DNA of 11,979 bases from Amoebophrya sp. A120. Its lineage: Eukaryota; Protista; Dinoflagellata. Location: positions 3,346-15,324 of the forward strand of contig CAJINV010000064.1 in NCBI GenBank assembly GCA_905178155.1, given 5' to 3'. Made by a program: the position numbers and the translations under genes. Shown here one piece after another: positions 1 to 8,749 of this stretch; within the stretch, counting starts at the first letter, position 1, and every line of letters starts with the position of its first letter. Below the pieces are notes generated by a model, which ran no database searches, was not told where the DNA came from, and saw only the letters and a program-made list of their open reading frames with translations.

Positions 1-821
1 ATGCATGGGCCCAACATTGACCCGAGCATCTTTTTCTTCAAAAAGGCGAACATAATTCTATCCGTATATTACAGCTAGAGATGTTGAAGTTGCGGCAAGT
101 AGAGCGCGGCGCGTACTGATGACAGAACAAACCTTGTTCTGCGCTTAGTGAAATCGCACGAGAAAAATATGGACAAAATATTTAAGGAAAGAAGCCGGTG
201 CTGGCACTTATGTGAGGTAAGAAATAAGAAATGAACTAAGTAGAAGACGACCGCGATATTTGCCTCAAAAAGGTGCATAAAACTAAAAGGCTGGCATTTC
301 TGGGGTGTTAAATTCTATATTTGCAAAAGAAATGTCTCATCACACAAAAGCAATTCGTTGAAACAGTGATCTTCACTGCAGGTCCACCCTTGACTGACAT
401 CTCGCGAAAACTTATCGCAAAACGACAATGACAGATCTGCGTATTTTCCTACAGTTCGGTGATGGCGATATCAATCGAAGAAATGATCTCGTCGAGCTCT
501 CGCTCGGGGTTGCTTTGTCCCCCGAAGGAATACCAGGACTTGTACTACTTGACGCGAACAGGATCGAGGTCGACCAAGCACCGCGCCACCTGCGGGAACT
601 GTAGATCCAGCACAACATGGCATACCCAGATGGTCGTCGGCCCAGTGCGTATCAAAGCGTGGCTAGCGGCAGTGGTCAAAAAGATAGTGGCGCATAAGTT
701 CTAGCGAGAAGACGAACGTCGGCGGCACTATTTGTTCCTGGCTGAAATTTATCAGCAGTGTAGCCTACTGATGTGTCATCTAACGTTGTTGTAGAATGGA
801 CTGCACAAAAATAAAATAAGC

Positions 822-842
822 TGCGCGCTGCGCTTGCGCGCA
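822..842. promoter_or_regulatory. Conserved GC-rich palindrome TGCGCGC-TGCGCTT-GCGCGCA (identical copy at 7516-7536); possible cis-element
   Basis: 7-bp stem with 7-nt loop, identical in both duplicates inside an AT-rich, indel-rich spacer. Function is inferred only. Confidence 0.25.
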
Positions 843-1312
843 CGACCCTGAATCAAAATCTTTTGCAATAGCGCTTTAAAATCAAAGTGATGATAAAGTT
901 CTTCCTAGTTGTTGAAGGCTAATGGTCTTTTGTCGAAACCTTTCCCCTGTGCCCCGGCCTTGATGATAGAAGCAAGAACTGGCTTCCTCAGAGTTGCGGT
1001 AAAAAAAATTGTATATGAACGATCACGACAGGACACGACCAAAGAATAAGGCATTCTGCGGTAAAAAATCGTATAGAAAAAGCAGTGTGTAAGTGCATGT
1101 GAAATATCCTAGCTTCGACCATATCTTTTCCGGAAAGATAAGGCCGCCAAACAGAGGTCATTAGCAGCAGCAGACATCACAAGTGATATCATGGCGCAGC
1201 AGGAGCTGGATCTCTATTCAGTCTGACCACGCCGAACTGCATAAGAATGTTATGCTGTCAAAGTCCAAAAGTTCGGCGCACCAAAAAAGGTACCAATGTC
1301 AGGTGGACCGCC

Positions 1313-2793
1313 TTACCCCTGAGACGAGAAAGGGTCGTTGCTGCTGTGCTGACAAATCTGCAGCTTGCATTCCCAATTTTTCTTCGGCTTGCAGCGAATA
1401 TGCGTCATGACCGTCGGCGACTCTACGATGACAAAATGGACTTCCTCGGCGGTAACGTTCAGGAGATCCCGTATGGAAGCGTCAGGTTTGAAATCGACAA
1501 AGTTGAAATGATTTGTCATGCATAAAATGCAAGGCATGACGTACCTGTCTTGCAGGGATGGCAAATGAGGCCGACAGTCAGCCTGTTTGAGGTCTGCGGT
1601 AGGGCTGGTAAAGTAGCACGACAAAAGACGCCTTCTGTCCCTAAACAGCATGACAGACCGGATTTCGACGGTGCCTAAATTTGTCATGCGCCGCTTGAAA
1701 ATTGGGCTTCCAACTGGTATCGATTTTATGCATGACAAACTATTTCAACTTTGACGATCTCAATCCTGACACCCCCATATCCCGTGTGGCGTCGAAGTCC
1801 GTAGTGTAACGCAGGGTATCGGAGCCACTGCTCTATCAATATGAAAAAACCCCCACCCCATTCAAAAAAGGAAATATGAAAAAACCCCCACCCCATGCTG
1901 GATTTCTGTACACAAATCAGCTGTGTATAATTGCGGCAAGAGCGTGAAGGCATAATTTTTCAAGCCTGATTGAGTATGCAAAAGGCTAGCAGCTCGGCAT
2001 GACAGACAGGTGCGCGGTAGGTAAAAGCGCATGACAGATTTGCTGTCGAGTGCGGGATACGGCTCCCATTTGATGCCTCATATGCAAGACGAAGCTGATT
2101 TGTGGTCACAAATCAGCATCACAAATTTCCGTTTTGAGTAGTATGGGGAGGGGGGATTTTTTCTCAGAATATGCTCGAGGTAGAATGAACTCCACCGTCG
2201 CTGTAGGCGTACCGCCCCTGAAATTTTTTCTTGTGCCATATGCATCGCAAAAATGTCTGGGTCTGGAAGGTGGATCCAAACTTGTAATGCTGTCTTTGGA
2301 TTCTCAAAAGATCTGTAGTGCTATGACCAGGAAGAGGAGCCCAGATTGTGCTACGCGGAGAGGGCATTTGCCATGCGGAATAGGCATTAGGATGCCTTCC
2401 AAAAATCTGTGATGCTAAGTCATGCACTACAGGCATCATGCGTCATGCAAAATATGCATGACAAACCTGGCAATCTTCCACACCCAGACATAGTTGCATT
2501 TGATATGCCGCAACGTGATGCGATCGCCCGTCCGGCGGCTGCGACCACGAACAAGAACGTCGGGGTCATAATCGGGGTTCGAAACAAACAACCTCGGGTA
2601 GTACGCACTTGGATTATCCTCTCGCACGACTTGCTCCAGAAAGCGGGCCCGGGAGGTTGCGCTCATGTCTGGCCCATGTAATCCGTCATCTGCCCATACG
2701 TCGTTGTGCACAGCAATGAAGGACTCGCCCTGCGCACTCAGGCTGCCACCGTGTGGAAGGGTGATTCCAGCAGCGCTTGTCGGGGGGCTTTCG
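1313..2793 (-). CDS. 3' part of a hypothetical protein, paralog of the 8176-10525 gene; exons 2793-2506, 2233-2172, 1828-1780, 1466-1313; 5' part lost at the assembly N
   Basis: Removing 272, 343 and 313 nt (element plus one TSD) joins ORFs 2436..2960, 2164..2439 and 1313..1738 in frame: ESPPTSAAGITLP...GDRITLRHKKKFQGRYAYSDGGVHSTSSSGSDTLRYTTDFDATRDLLNVTAEE...NDPFSSQG*. This is colinear with the paralog, with several synonymous changes (GTA/GTT, GCG/GCA, GCC/GCA, ACT/ACC, ACG/ACT, GTC/GTT) and only in-frame indels. Confidence 0.85.
1472..1779. mobile_element. 308-bp TIR element (MITE/introner-like), family B; putative non-canonical intron
   Basis: 57-bp TIRs (49/57 match) TATGG...TTTGTCATGCATAAAAT. 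5-bp TSD TCCCG at 1467-1471 and 1780-1784. The paralog shows the empty site GACA-TCCCG-TGTGG near 8339. Confidence 0.95.
1834..2171. mobile_element. 338-bp TIR element, family C (C-rich TIR); putative non-canonical intron
   Basis: TAT...ATA ends and degenerate TIR (AAAAACCCCCACCCCAT / ATGGGGAGGGGGGATTTT). TSD TGCTC at 1829-1833 and 2172-2176. Empty site CCAC-TGCTG-GAGG near 8388. Internally similar to 5370-5691. Confidence 0.93.
2239..2505. mobile_element. 267-bp TIR element, family A (ATGTCTGGGTCTGGAA TIR), inverted relative to the other family-A copies; putative non-canonical intron
   Basis: ~31-bp imperfect TIRs and TAT...ATA ends. TSD TGCCA/TGCCG at 2234-2238 and 2506-2510. Empty site CCTG-TGCCG-CAACG near 8450. 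Confidence 0.93.
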
Positions 2794-2794
2794 N
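2794..2794. other. Single N: assembly gap or contig junction
   Basis: The left side matches up to 8749 (mid-gene) and the right side abruptly matches 101/6808. ORFs that cross it (2436..2960, 2665..2925) are chimeric. Confidence 0.85.
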
Positions 2795-3208
2795 AGAGCG
2801 CGGCGCGTACTGATGACAGAACAAACCTTGTTCTGCGCTTAGTGAAATCGCACGAGAAAAATATGGACAAAATATTTAAGGAAAGAAGCTGGTGCTGGCA
2901 CCTATGTGAGGTGAGAAAGAAATGAACTAAGTAGTAGACGACCGCGATTTTTGCCTTCAAAAGGTTGATAAAACTAAAAGGCTGGCATTTCTGGGCTGTT
3001 AAATTCTTATTTTCAAAAGAAATGTCTCATCACACAAAAGCAATTCGCTGAAACAGTGATCTTCACTGCAGGTCCACCCTTGACTGACATCTCGCGAAAA
3101 CTTATCGCAAAACGACAATGACAGATCTGCGTATTTGTCCTGCAGTTTGGTGATGGCGGTATCAATCGAAGAAATGATCTCATCGAGCCTTCGCTCGGGG
3201 TTGCTTTG
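2795..3208. repeat. Third copy of the conserved segment 101-517 / 6808-7225
   Basis: AGAGCGCGGCGCGTACTGATGACAG ... CGCTCGGGGTTGCTTTG aligns throughout, with more substitutions and small indels than between the other two copies. Confidence 0.93.
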
Positions 3209-3949
3209 AACTCAGAGTGCCACGGCTTGATGTACTTGGCACGACAACAAAAACACCTGCTTGCTGTTCCTTCAGAACACTCGAAGATTTCCGAGATTCG
3301 AAAGAACGTTTTGCGCATTGATGTATTCCCAAAAGACTGTTCAGCTGAGTTGGAAAATTCAGTTTGTGTTGCATTTTCAGCATGAGAAGGAAAAGTCTCT
3401 TTCTTCCTTTCCTCACTTTTTCTTGCCAAAAAACAACTCATCAGGAAAAAACTCAAAAGACGTTTATCTTGATTCTTCACACGGAATCAATAACTTACTG
3501 TGGCTACACACCGCTATATTCTAAAAAAGAGAAAAGCTGATGTGTATTTACTTCGGTTTTTCACTTCTAAATTTTAATTTTTGTATAGGATCATGATGGT
3601 ATTTTTAGAATTTTCCCTTGGCACAAATATGAAAGAACGATCTTATCATGCTGTTTCGAAACGTAAAATTGTAGTACAGAAGATTTCTACTAACGGTTGA
3701 TAGCTGATTTGAGACCACTTTTCATGGTCTACATTGGCTCAAACAGTGGTCAGGTCGGTGTAAAAACAAAAAAATTATACAGTGACTAGGTGGTAGCACT
3801 TGCAAGTGTAAATTTGTGGCCTTGAATGACAGTTGATCTCATTTTTCTATCATCAATTTGTAACGCTGTTTTGTCACTTAAGTAACCGTTTGATGTACGT
3901 GCACCGTAAGTAACCCGTTTGATGTTCCGGAGAAAAATTGCAGCGACAT

Positions 3950-4348
3950 TCACCGCCGCTGTTGCGCAACCGGTCTTGGCCCAGAGAGCACGAAACCAAC
4001 GTTACGCCAACCCGGACCGGGGTCGTCCTCGAGCGGACCCCAAAAACTTCCCCGCGCCACGTACTTGAGCTCAAATTCCCGCCCACTTTCGCCACGGAAT
4101 CTGAGCCAACCTGTTCGGGCTGTGCGATCATTTTTGAGCACCGCACGATCCTCATCGCCAAGGCTTGATGATGTAAAGTTGAAAATAATGAACACCCGCC
4201 CACGAAGATGTTGAAGCCTCAAATGTATTAAAGCCTCAGTGTCGGTGAGACGTGGTCTGTGTTGCGTCGTCTGCAGGAAAAGCATGTACAACAATGCAAT
4301 AACGACATTTTTTGCCAGGAGGACGATAGCAAAATGCTGTAAATTCAC
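3950..4348 (-). CDS. Possible coding exon of unknown product (most credible over ~3950-4170)
   Basis: GC-rich island in AT-rich flanks with a protein-like translation (SLGDEDRAVLKNDRTARTGWLRFRGESGREFELKYVARGSFWGPLEDD). It is on the same strand as the neighbouring genes and could be a last exon of the 5957-4413 gene. No splice path was established. Confidence 0.35.
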   Translation of the reverse strand: MNLQHFAIVLLAKNVVIALLYMLFLQTTQHRPRLTDTEALIHLRLQHLRGRVFIIFNFTSSSLGDEDRAVLKNDRTARTGWLRFRGESGREFELKYVARGSFWGPLEDDPGPGWRNVGFVLSGPRPVAQQRR

Positions 4349-4412
4349 ATTGATATAAATGCCGTCGAAAAAGTAAAAGTTGTTCTGCCCCTGCCCCTGG
4401 CCACCTGCTACG

Positions 4413-5957
4413 TCAAGAACGCATTAAAGCAAGTTGCGTCCTCATACAGATCCAGTAGAGCTGCGCATCTGTTTCCCAGCAGACCAGTGTCACTTGGTGT
4501 GCCTGATTTGGACACGACAAACTATTTTTATAAACAGCAAATATAGCAAAAAAACCGAGGGCCAGGTGTTTGGTTCCACATGTCATAAGGGACAGCCCAT
4601 CGTCGTCAAGGTCGGTTAGATAGTCGTGCACGATGGTGTATGGATGTGTATACGTGTCTGGTCCTAGAACGAGTCATCCAAGCTGCATTATCAACCGCAA
4701 ATATGTCTGGGTCTGGGAGATTGCGAGATAGAGATTTGTCATGCATGTCTAGCATGACTCTGAACTTTGTATTGCGCGGCCGCAAAGAGCTCCTCTTGCC
4801 TGTCATGCAAACACGCAGTTTCTCATGCGCCGGTGTACGCAACTCAGAACCACGGAAAAACTTGTCATGCTTGGCAGCGCATCAGAGTCTGCTCATCTTG
4901 CATCACGACAAATCTCCAGAACCAGACATATTTGCATTCGATATGCATACGAAATACGCGATGAAATCGCAAGAAGCGCCCTTGTGCCAGGCGACAGTGG
5001 TCGCGTTGACTTGTATACAGAGGTGCCCGTGCGCGTGCCCAAACAAGAAACTATATTTTCCGGCGTGGCGCTCGTGCTGCAAAACAAATTAGAAGCGCTT
5101 ATACTGAAACATCAACGATTACGATGCCTTACTGACCATGACTTTATGCTATAGCCCTTTTCATCATCAGAACTAGGGTCGCCGGGACAAACAAGCAAAT
5201 TCTGCTCGTAGAAAACTCTGCAAATTCAAAAATAAATAGTAAACCCTTCGTCGAATAACGCGCTCAAAGCAATGTAGCTCACATCCCAGACACGTATACA
5301 TGGAACGGTCGATAGCACCTGGATCGGGTGGTCCACGCCTCGCTGCCCCAAACTCACACGAAGTGCAACTATTGAGAGGAAAAAACCCCCCTCCCCATAT
5401 CAAAACGGATTTTGTGATGCTGGATTTGTGTACACAAATCAGCTTTGTATTGCAGGAAGGCATTGCAGCCAGTTCCCCAGGCTAGCTAGGGGCGTGTCGG
5501 TCTAGTTGTTCAGCATGGCAAACGGCCCCCCTTTAGGCCCAACAGCATGACAAATCGCCTCCATAATGGGGGCGAAGCTTTTGCCCTTGTCTTCTTGCAA
5601 GACAGATGTGATTTGTGACCTCAAATCAGCAACACAAATTTTCGGAAACGTGCCTTTTCGATATGGGGAGGGGGGATTTTGCCTCACAATAGCAACATAC
5701 CGAAGTTTATCTGCGACTAACGGAAGAACAACCGGGGCTCGGTCATTCTCATCATAAATGCTTGTTGCATAGAAAAAACCATCTGCTCCCGCCGGTCTAG
5801 CGCTTGCAGGTGAAACCGTCGCCAGAGCTTTCTCGATCCCTGCCAGCATCCACTGAAAGCAAGTTTTCTGACACTCACTCTCAGGCGCGATAAGGTCTTC
5901 TAAACGTGGCAGGCTGACAGAGTTGGGCAGAGAAGCAGCACGGATGAAAGAGGGCAT
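4413..5957 (-). CDS. Hypothetical protein (~176 aa if it ends at 4413); exons 5957-5692, 5364-5315, 4627-4413
   Basis: Removing 327 nt (element 5370-5691 plus TSD) and 687 nt (outer element 4633-5314 plus TSD) joins ORF 5502..6002 to ORF 4413..4631 in frame: MPSFIRAASLP...ADKLRYVALRVSLGQRGVDHPIQVHDYLTDLDDDGLSLMTCG. The start and the true 3' end are uncertain. Confidence 0.55.
4633..5314. mobile_element. Degenerate outer TIR element hosting a nested family-A copy
   Basis: Perfect 15-bp inverted repeat TGTATACGTGTCTGG at 4647-4661 and 5286-5300. Each arm lies exactly 14 nt inside a 4/5 direct repeat, GCACG (4628-4632) and GCACC (5315-5319). The right end is ...GATA and the left terminus is eroded. 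Confidence 0.6.
4689..4943. mobile_element. 255-bp family-A TIR element (nested)
   Basis: TIRs TATCAACCGCAAATATGTCTGGGTCTGG / CCAGAACCAGACATATTTGCATTCGATA. TSD TGCAT at 4684-4688 and 4944-4948. Internally similar to 9674-9929. Confidence 0.93.
5370..5691. mobile_element. 322-bp family-C TIR element; putative non-canonical intron
   Basis: 32-bp TIRs TATTGAGAGGAAAAAACCCCCCTCCCCATATC (3 mismatches). TSD GCAAC at 5365-5369 and 5692-5696. Confidence 0.93.
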
Positions 5958-6275
5958 TACAATGAAAAATGCCCCCAGCCCAGAACTTGGGAGCATTTGC
6001 ATCGCAAACTACCTCTCCAATGGAAATAGTCGCAGTCTTGCATGTATCAGCATCACAAATTTTCAATCGTGAACAGTGCAAATCTGTATTGCAAAAGATC
6101 CCAGCAAGAGCAGGGCTTGTCATGCAAGCGATGCTGTATACGACTACTTAGCACTAGACTCCGCATCAGAAAGATTCATAGTCCTTTCATGCAAGACAAA
6201 GAGTTTTCATTTGGAAACGTCGCATCACAAATTGAAATTATTGCAACTTTCTGGGTGGGTGCATTTTTCACTGTA
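5958..6275. mobile_element. 318-bp TIR element, family D, with TAC...GTA ends and no clear TSD
   Basis: TACAATGAAAAATGCCCCCAGCCCAGAA pairs with TTCTGGGTGGGTGCATTTTTCACTGTA. It contains GCATCACAAAT twice and TTGTCATGC. The flanks GGCAT/AAAAT match only 2/5. It abuts the minus-strand ATG at 5957. Confidence 0.8.
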
Positions 6276-6707
6276 AAAATTCGTGTGCAGCAGCAATGTC
6301 GACAAAATAAAGGTATAAAATTTGAAAAATCAACGGGAGAAGTTTTTGAGAAACTTCGTTTAGATTGTTGAAATGCCTGTTGAAAAATTATGTTGAAAAT
6401 TACACCTGCTTGTTCTGAGCGATAACTTGGCTGCGTCCATCCGATAGGACGAGGAGATCGAGCTACACGCCATTATCACATGGTGACCCCTGCTGCTCTT
6501 GTTCAATTTTCCATTTCATTAGATCCGTACCAAGAACAACCTGCACGGTTTTGGCTTATTTCTGTACATCTTCTTCACAGAATCATTTTTTCTCACCCGG
6601 CGGACAGGCTCGAGGTTGACGCGAACAGGATCGAGGTCGACCAAGCACCATGGAAAAAGATCGGGCCACAGCGTTCGCCGAGTTCCCGCAGGTTGACGCT
6701 GAATAAG

Positions 6708-8749
6708 ATGCATGGGCCCAACATTGACCCGAGCATCTTTTTCTTCAAAAAGGCGAACATAATTCTATCCGTATATTACAGCTAGAGATGTTGAAGTTGC
6801 GGCAAGTAGAGCGCGGCGCGTACTGATGACAGAACAAACCTTGTTCTGCGCTTAGTGAAATCGCACGAGAAAAATATGGACAAAATATTTAAGGAAAGAA
6901 GCCGGTGCTGGCACTTATGTGAGGTAAGAAATAAGAAATGAACTAAGTAGTAGACGACCGCGATATTTGCCTCAAAAAGGTGCATAAAACTAAAAGGCTG
7001 GCATTTCTGGGGTGTTAAATTATATATTTGCAAAAGAAATGTCTCATCACACAAAAGCAATTCGTTGAAACAGTGATCTTCACTGCAGGTCCACCCTTGA
7101 CTGACATCTCGCGAAAACTTATCGCAAAACGACAATGACAGATCTGCGTATTTGTCCTACAGTTCGGTGATGGCGATATCAATCGAAGAAATGATCTCAT
7201 CGAGCTTTCGCTCGGGGTTGCTTTGTCCCCCGAAGGAATACCAGGACTTGTACTACTTGACGCGAACAGGCTCGAGGTCGATCAAGCACCGCGCCACCTG
7301 CGGGAGCTGTAGATCCAGCACAACATGGCATAGTCGTCGGCCCAGTGCGTATCAAACCGTGGCTAGCGGCAGTGGTCAAAATACATAGCGCATAAGTTCT
7401 AGCGAGAAGTAGAACCTCGGCGGTGCTATTTTTTGGCTAAAAGTTACCAGTAGTAGCCTACTGATGTGCTGTCTAAGGTTGTTGTAGAATGGACTGCACA
7501 AAAATGAAATCAAGCTGCGCGCTGCGCTTGCGCGCACAACCCTGAATTATCGAAATTTTTTGCAATATTGCTTTCAAAATTAGCAAAGTGATGATAGAGT
7601 TAAATTTTTTCTATAAGAAGGTGCGGTTGTACATGCTGTTGCAAGGTGCGTTTATGTACATGCTGCTACTCGGGTTTCCAAAAATCGGACCTACAACGTT
7701 GTATCGAAGTATAGTATATGCACAACAGCTACTGCTGCGTCAGCGCCGAACAGCAGCTACTATACTTCGATTAGTTGTTCAAAGCTGTGATAGGTTTTTT
7801 GTCGAAACAACCTTTCCTATGTGCCCCGGCCTTGATGATAGAAGCACGTGCTGGCTTTCCTGCGGTTTAAAGAAATGCACATAGAAACGATCGCGTTCGC
7901 GCCACAATCGAGGAATAAGGCATTCTGCAATAAAAAAATCGTATACGTCGAAAGCTGGCGTGTATGCGTAATCTAATATCCTAGCTGGGATCATATTCTT
8001 TTCCGGAAAGATAAGGCCGCTAGCTGAAGGATATTGGCAGCAGCAGACATCACAAGTGCTATTATCAGGGTCCCGCAGGACCTGCAGCTCCATTTAGTCT
8101 GACCACGCTGAGCTGCACAGCAAATGTTATGCTGTCGAAGTCCAAAATGTAGTCGGTGCACCATCGAAAAAAGGGTCAATTCCTGCCTTGACCCTGCGAA
8201 AAAGGGTCGTTGCTGCTGTGCTGACAAATCTGCAGCTTGCATTCCCAATTTTTTCTCGGCTTGCAGCGAATATGCGTCATAACCGTCGGCGACTCTACGA
8301 TGACAAAATGGACTTCCTCGGCGGTAACGTTCAGGACATCCCGTGTGGCGTCGAAGTCAGTGGTGTAATGCAGGGTCTCGCCGCCACTGCTGGAGGTAGA
8401 ATGAACTCCACCGTCGCTGTATGCGTACCGCCCCCGAAATGTGCGCCTGTGCCGCAACGCTATGCGATCGCCCGTCTGGCGGCTGCGATCGCCCGCGGGA
8501 CGAACACGGGCGTCAGGGTCATAATCGGGGTTCGAAACAAACAACCTCGGGTAGTATGCACTTGGATTATCCTCTCGCACGACTTGCTCCAGAAAGCGGG
8601 CCCGGGAGGTTGCGCTCATGTCTGGCCCATGTAATGATCCGTCATCTGCCCAAACGTCGTTGTGCACAGCAATGAAGGACTCGCCCTGCGCACTCAGGCT
8701 GCCACCGTGTGGAAGGGTGATTCCAGCAGCGCTTGTCGGGGGGCTTTCG
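6708..8749. repeat. Segmental duplication copy B (paralogous to 1-2793); homology probably extends beyond both alignable ends
   Basis: Direct alignment to copy A. It lacks the three elements of copy A and has ~165 extra nt at about 7602-7770. Confidence 0.95.
7702..7772. mobile_element. 71-bp miniature TIR element / hairpin
   Basis: Perfect 14-bp inverted repeat ATCGAAGTATAGTA at 7703-7716 and 7758-7771. Ends are TAT...ATT and the flanks are CGTTG/AGTTG (4/5). Copy A has a single AGTTG near 907 and no insert. Confidence 0.6.

Larger units (their letters stand above)
1..2793. repeat. Segmental duplication copy A (paralogous to 6708-8749), cut off by the window start and by the N at 2794
   Basis: Position 1 (ATGCATGGGCCCAACATTGACCC) matches 6708, an offset of 6707. 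I count about 8 differences over 1-620. 700-1310 is more diverged with many indels. 1313-2793 aligns to 8176-8749 once three inserts are removed. Confidence 0.95.

Noticed and set aside
2436-2960. 174-aa ORF, and the overlapping 2665..2925 ORF, as a fusion gene
   Set aside because: It crosses the N at 2794, joining two unrelated segments, and ends inside an element.
7779-8093. 104-aa ORF downstream of the 515-aa gene
   Set aside because: The paralogous region (about 915-1220) has stops and frameshifting indels in this frame, so it is more likely 3' UTR or spacer.
1313-8190. Stop-codon reassignment (TAA/TAG=Gln, TGA=Trp), as reported for one Amoebophrya strain. Suggested by TAA at 1313-1315 aligning with CAA in the paralog, and by TAG/CAG and TGA/TGG swaps among the three repeat copies.
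   Set aside because: The 515-aa reconstructed ORF has 19 Gln and 7 Trp with no in-frame stop codon. Downstream of the two paralog stops the copies differ by frameshifting indels. The swaps in the repeat fall in different frames. It is not excluded genome-wide, but this window does not support it.
8188-8634. Plus-strand 148-aa ORF also partly present in copy A
   Set aside because: It is the antisense shadow of the minus-strand gene. Paralog substitutions are mostly non-synonymous in this frame (N/D, C/G, C/R) and synonymous in the minus frame.
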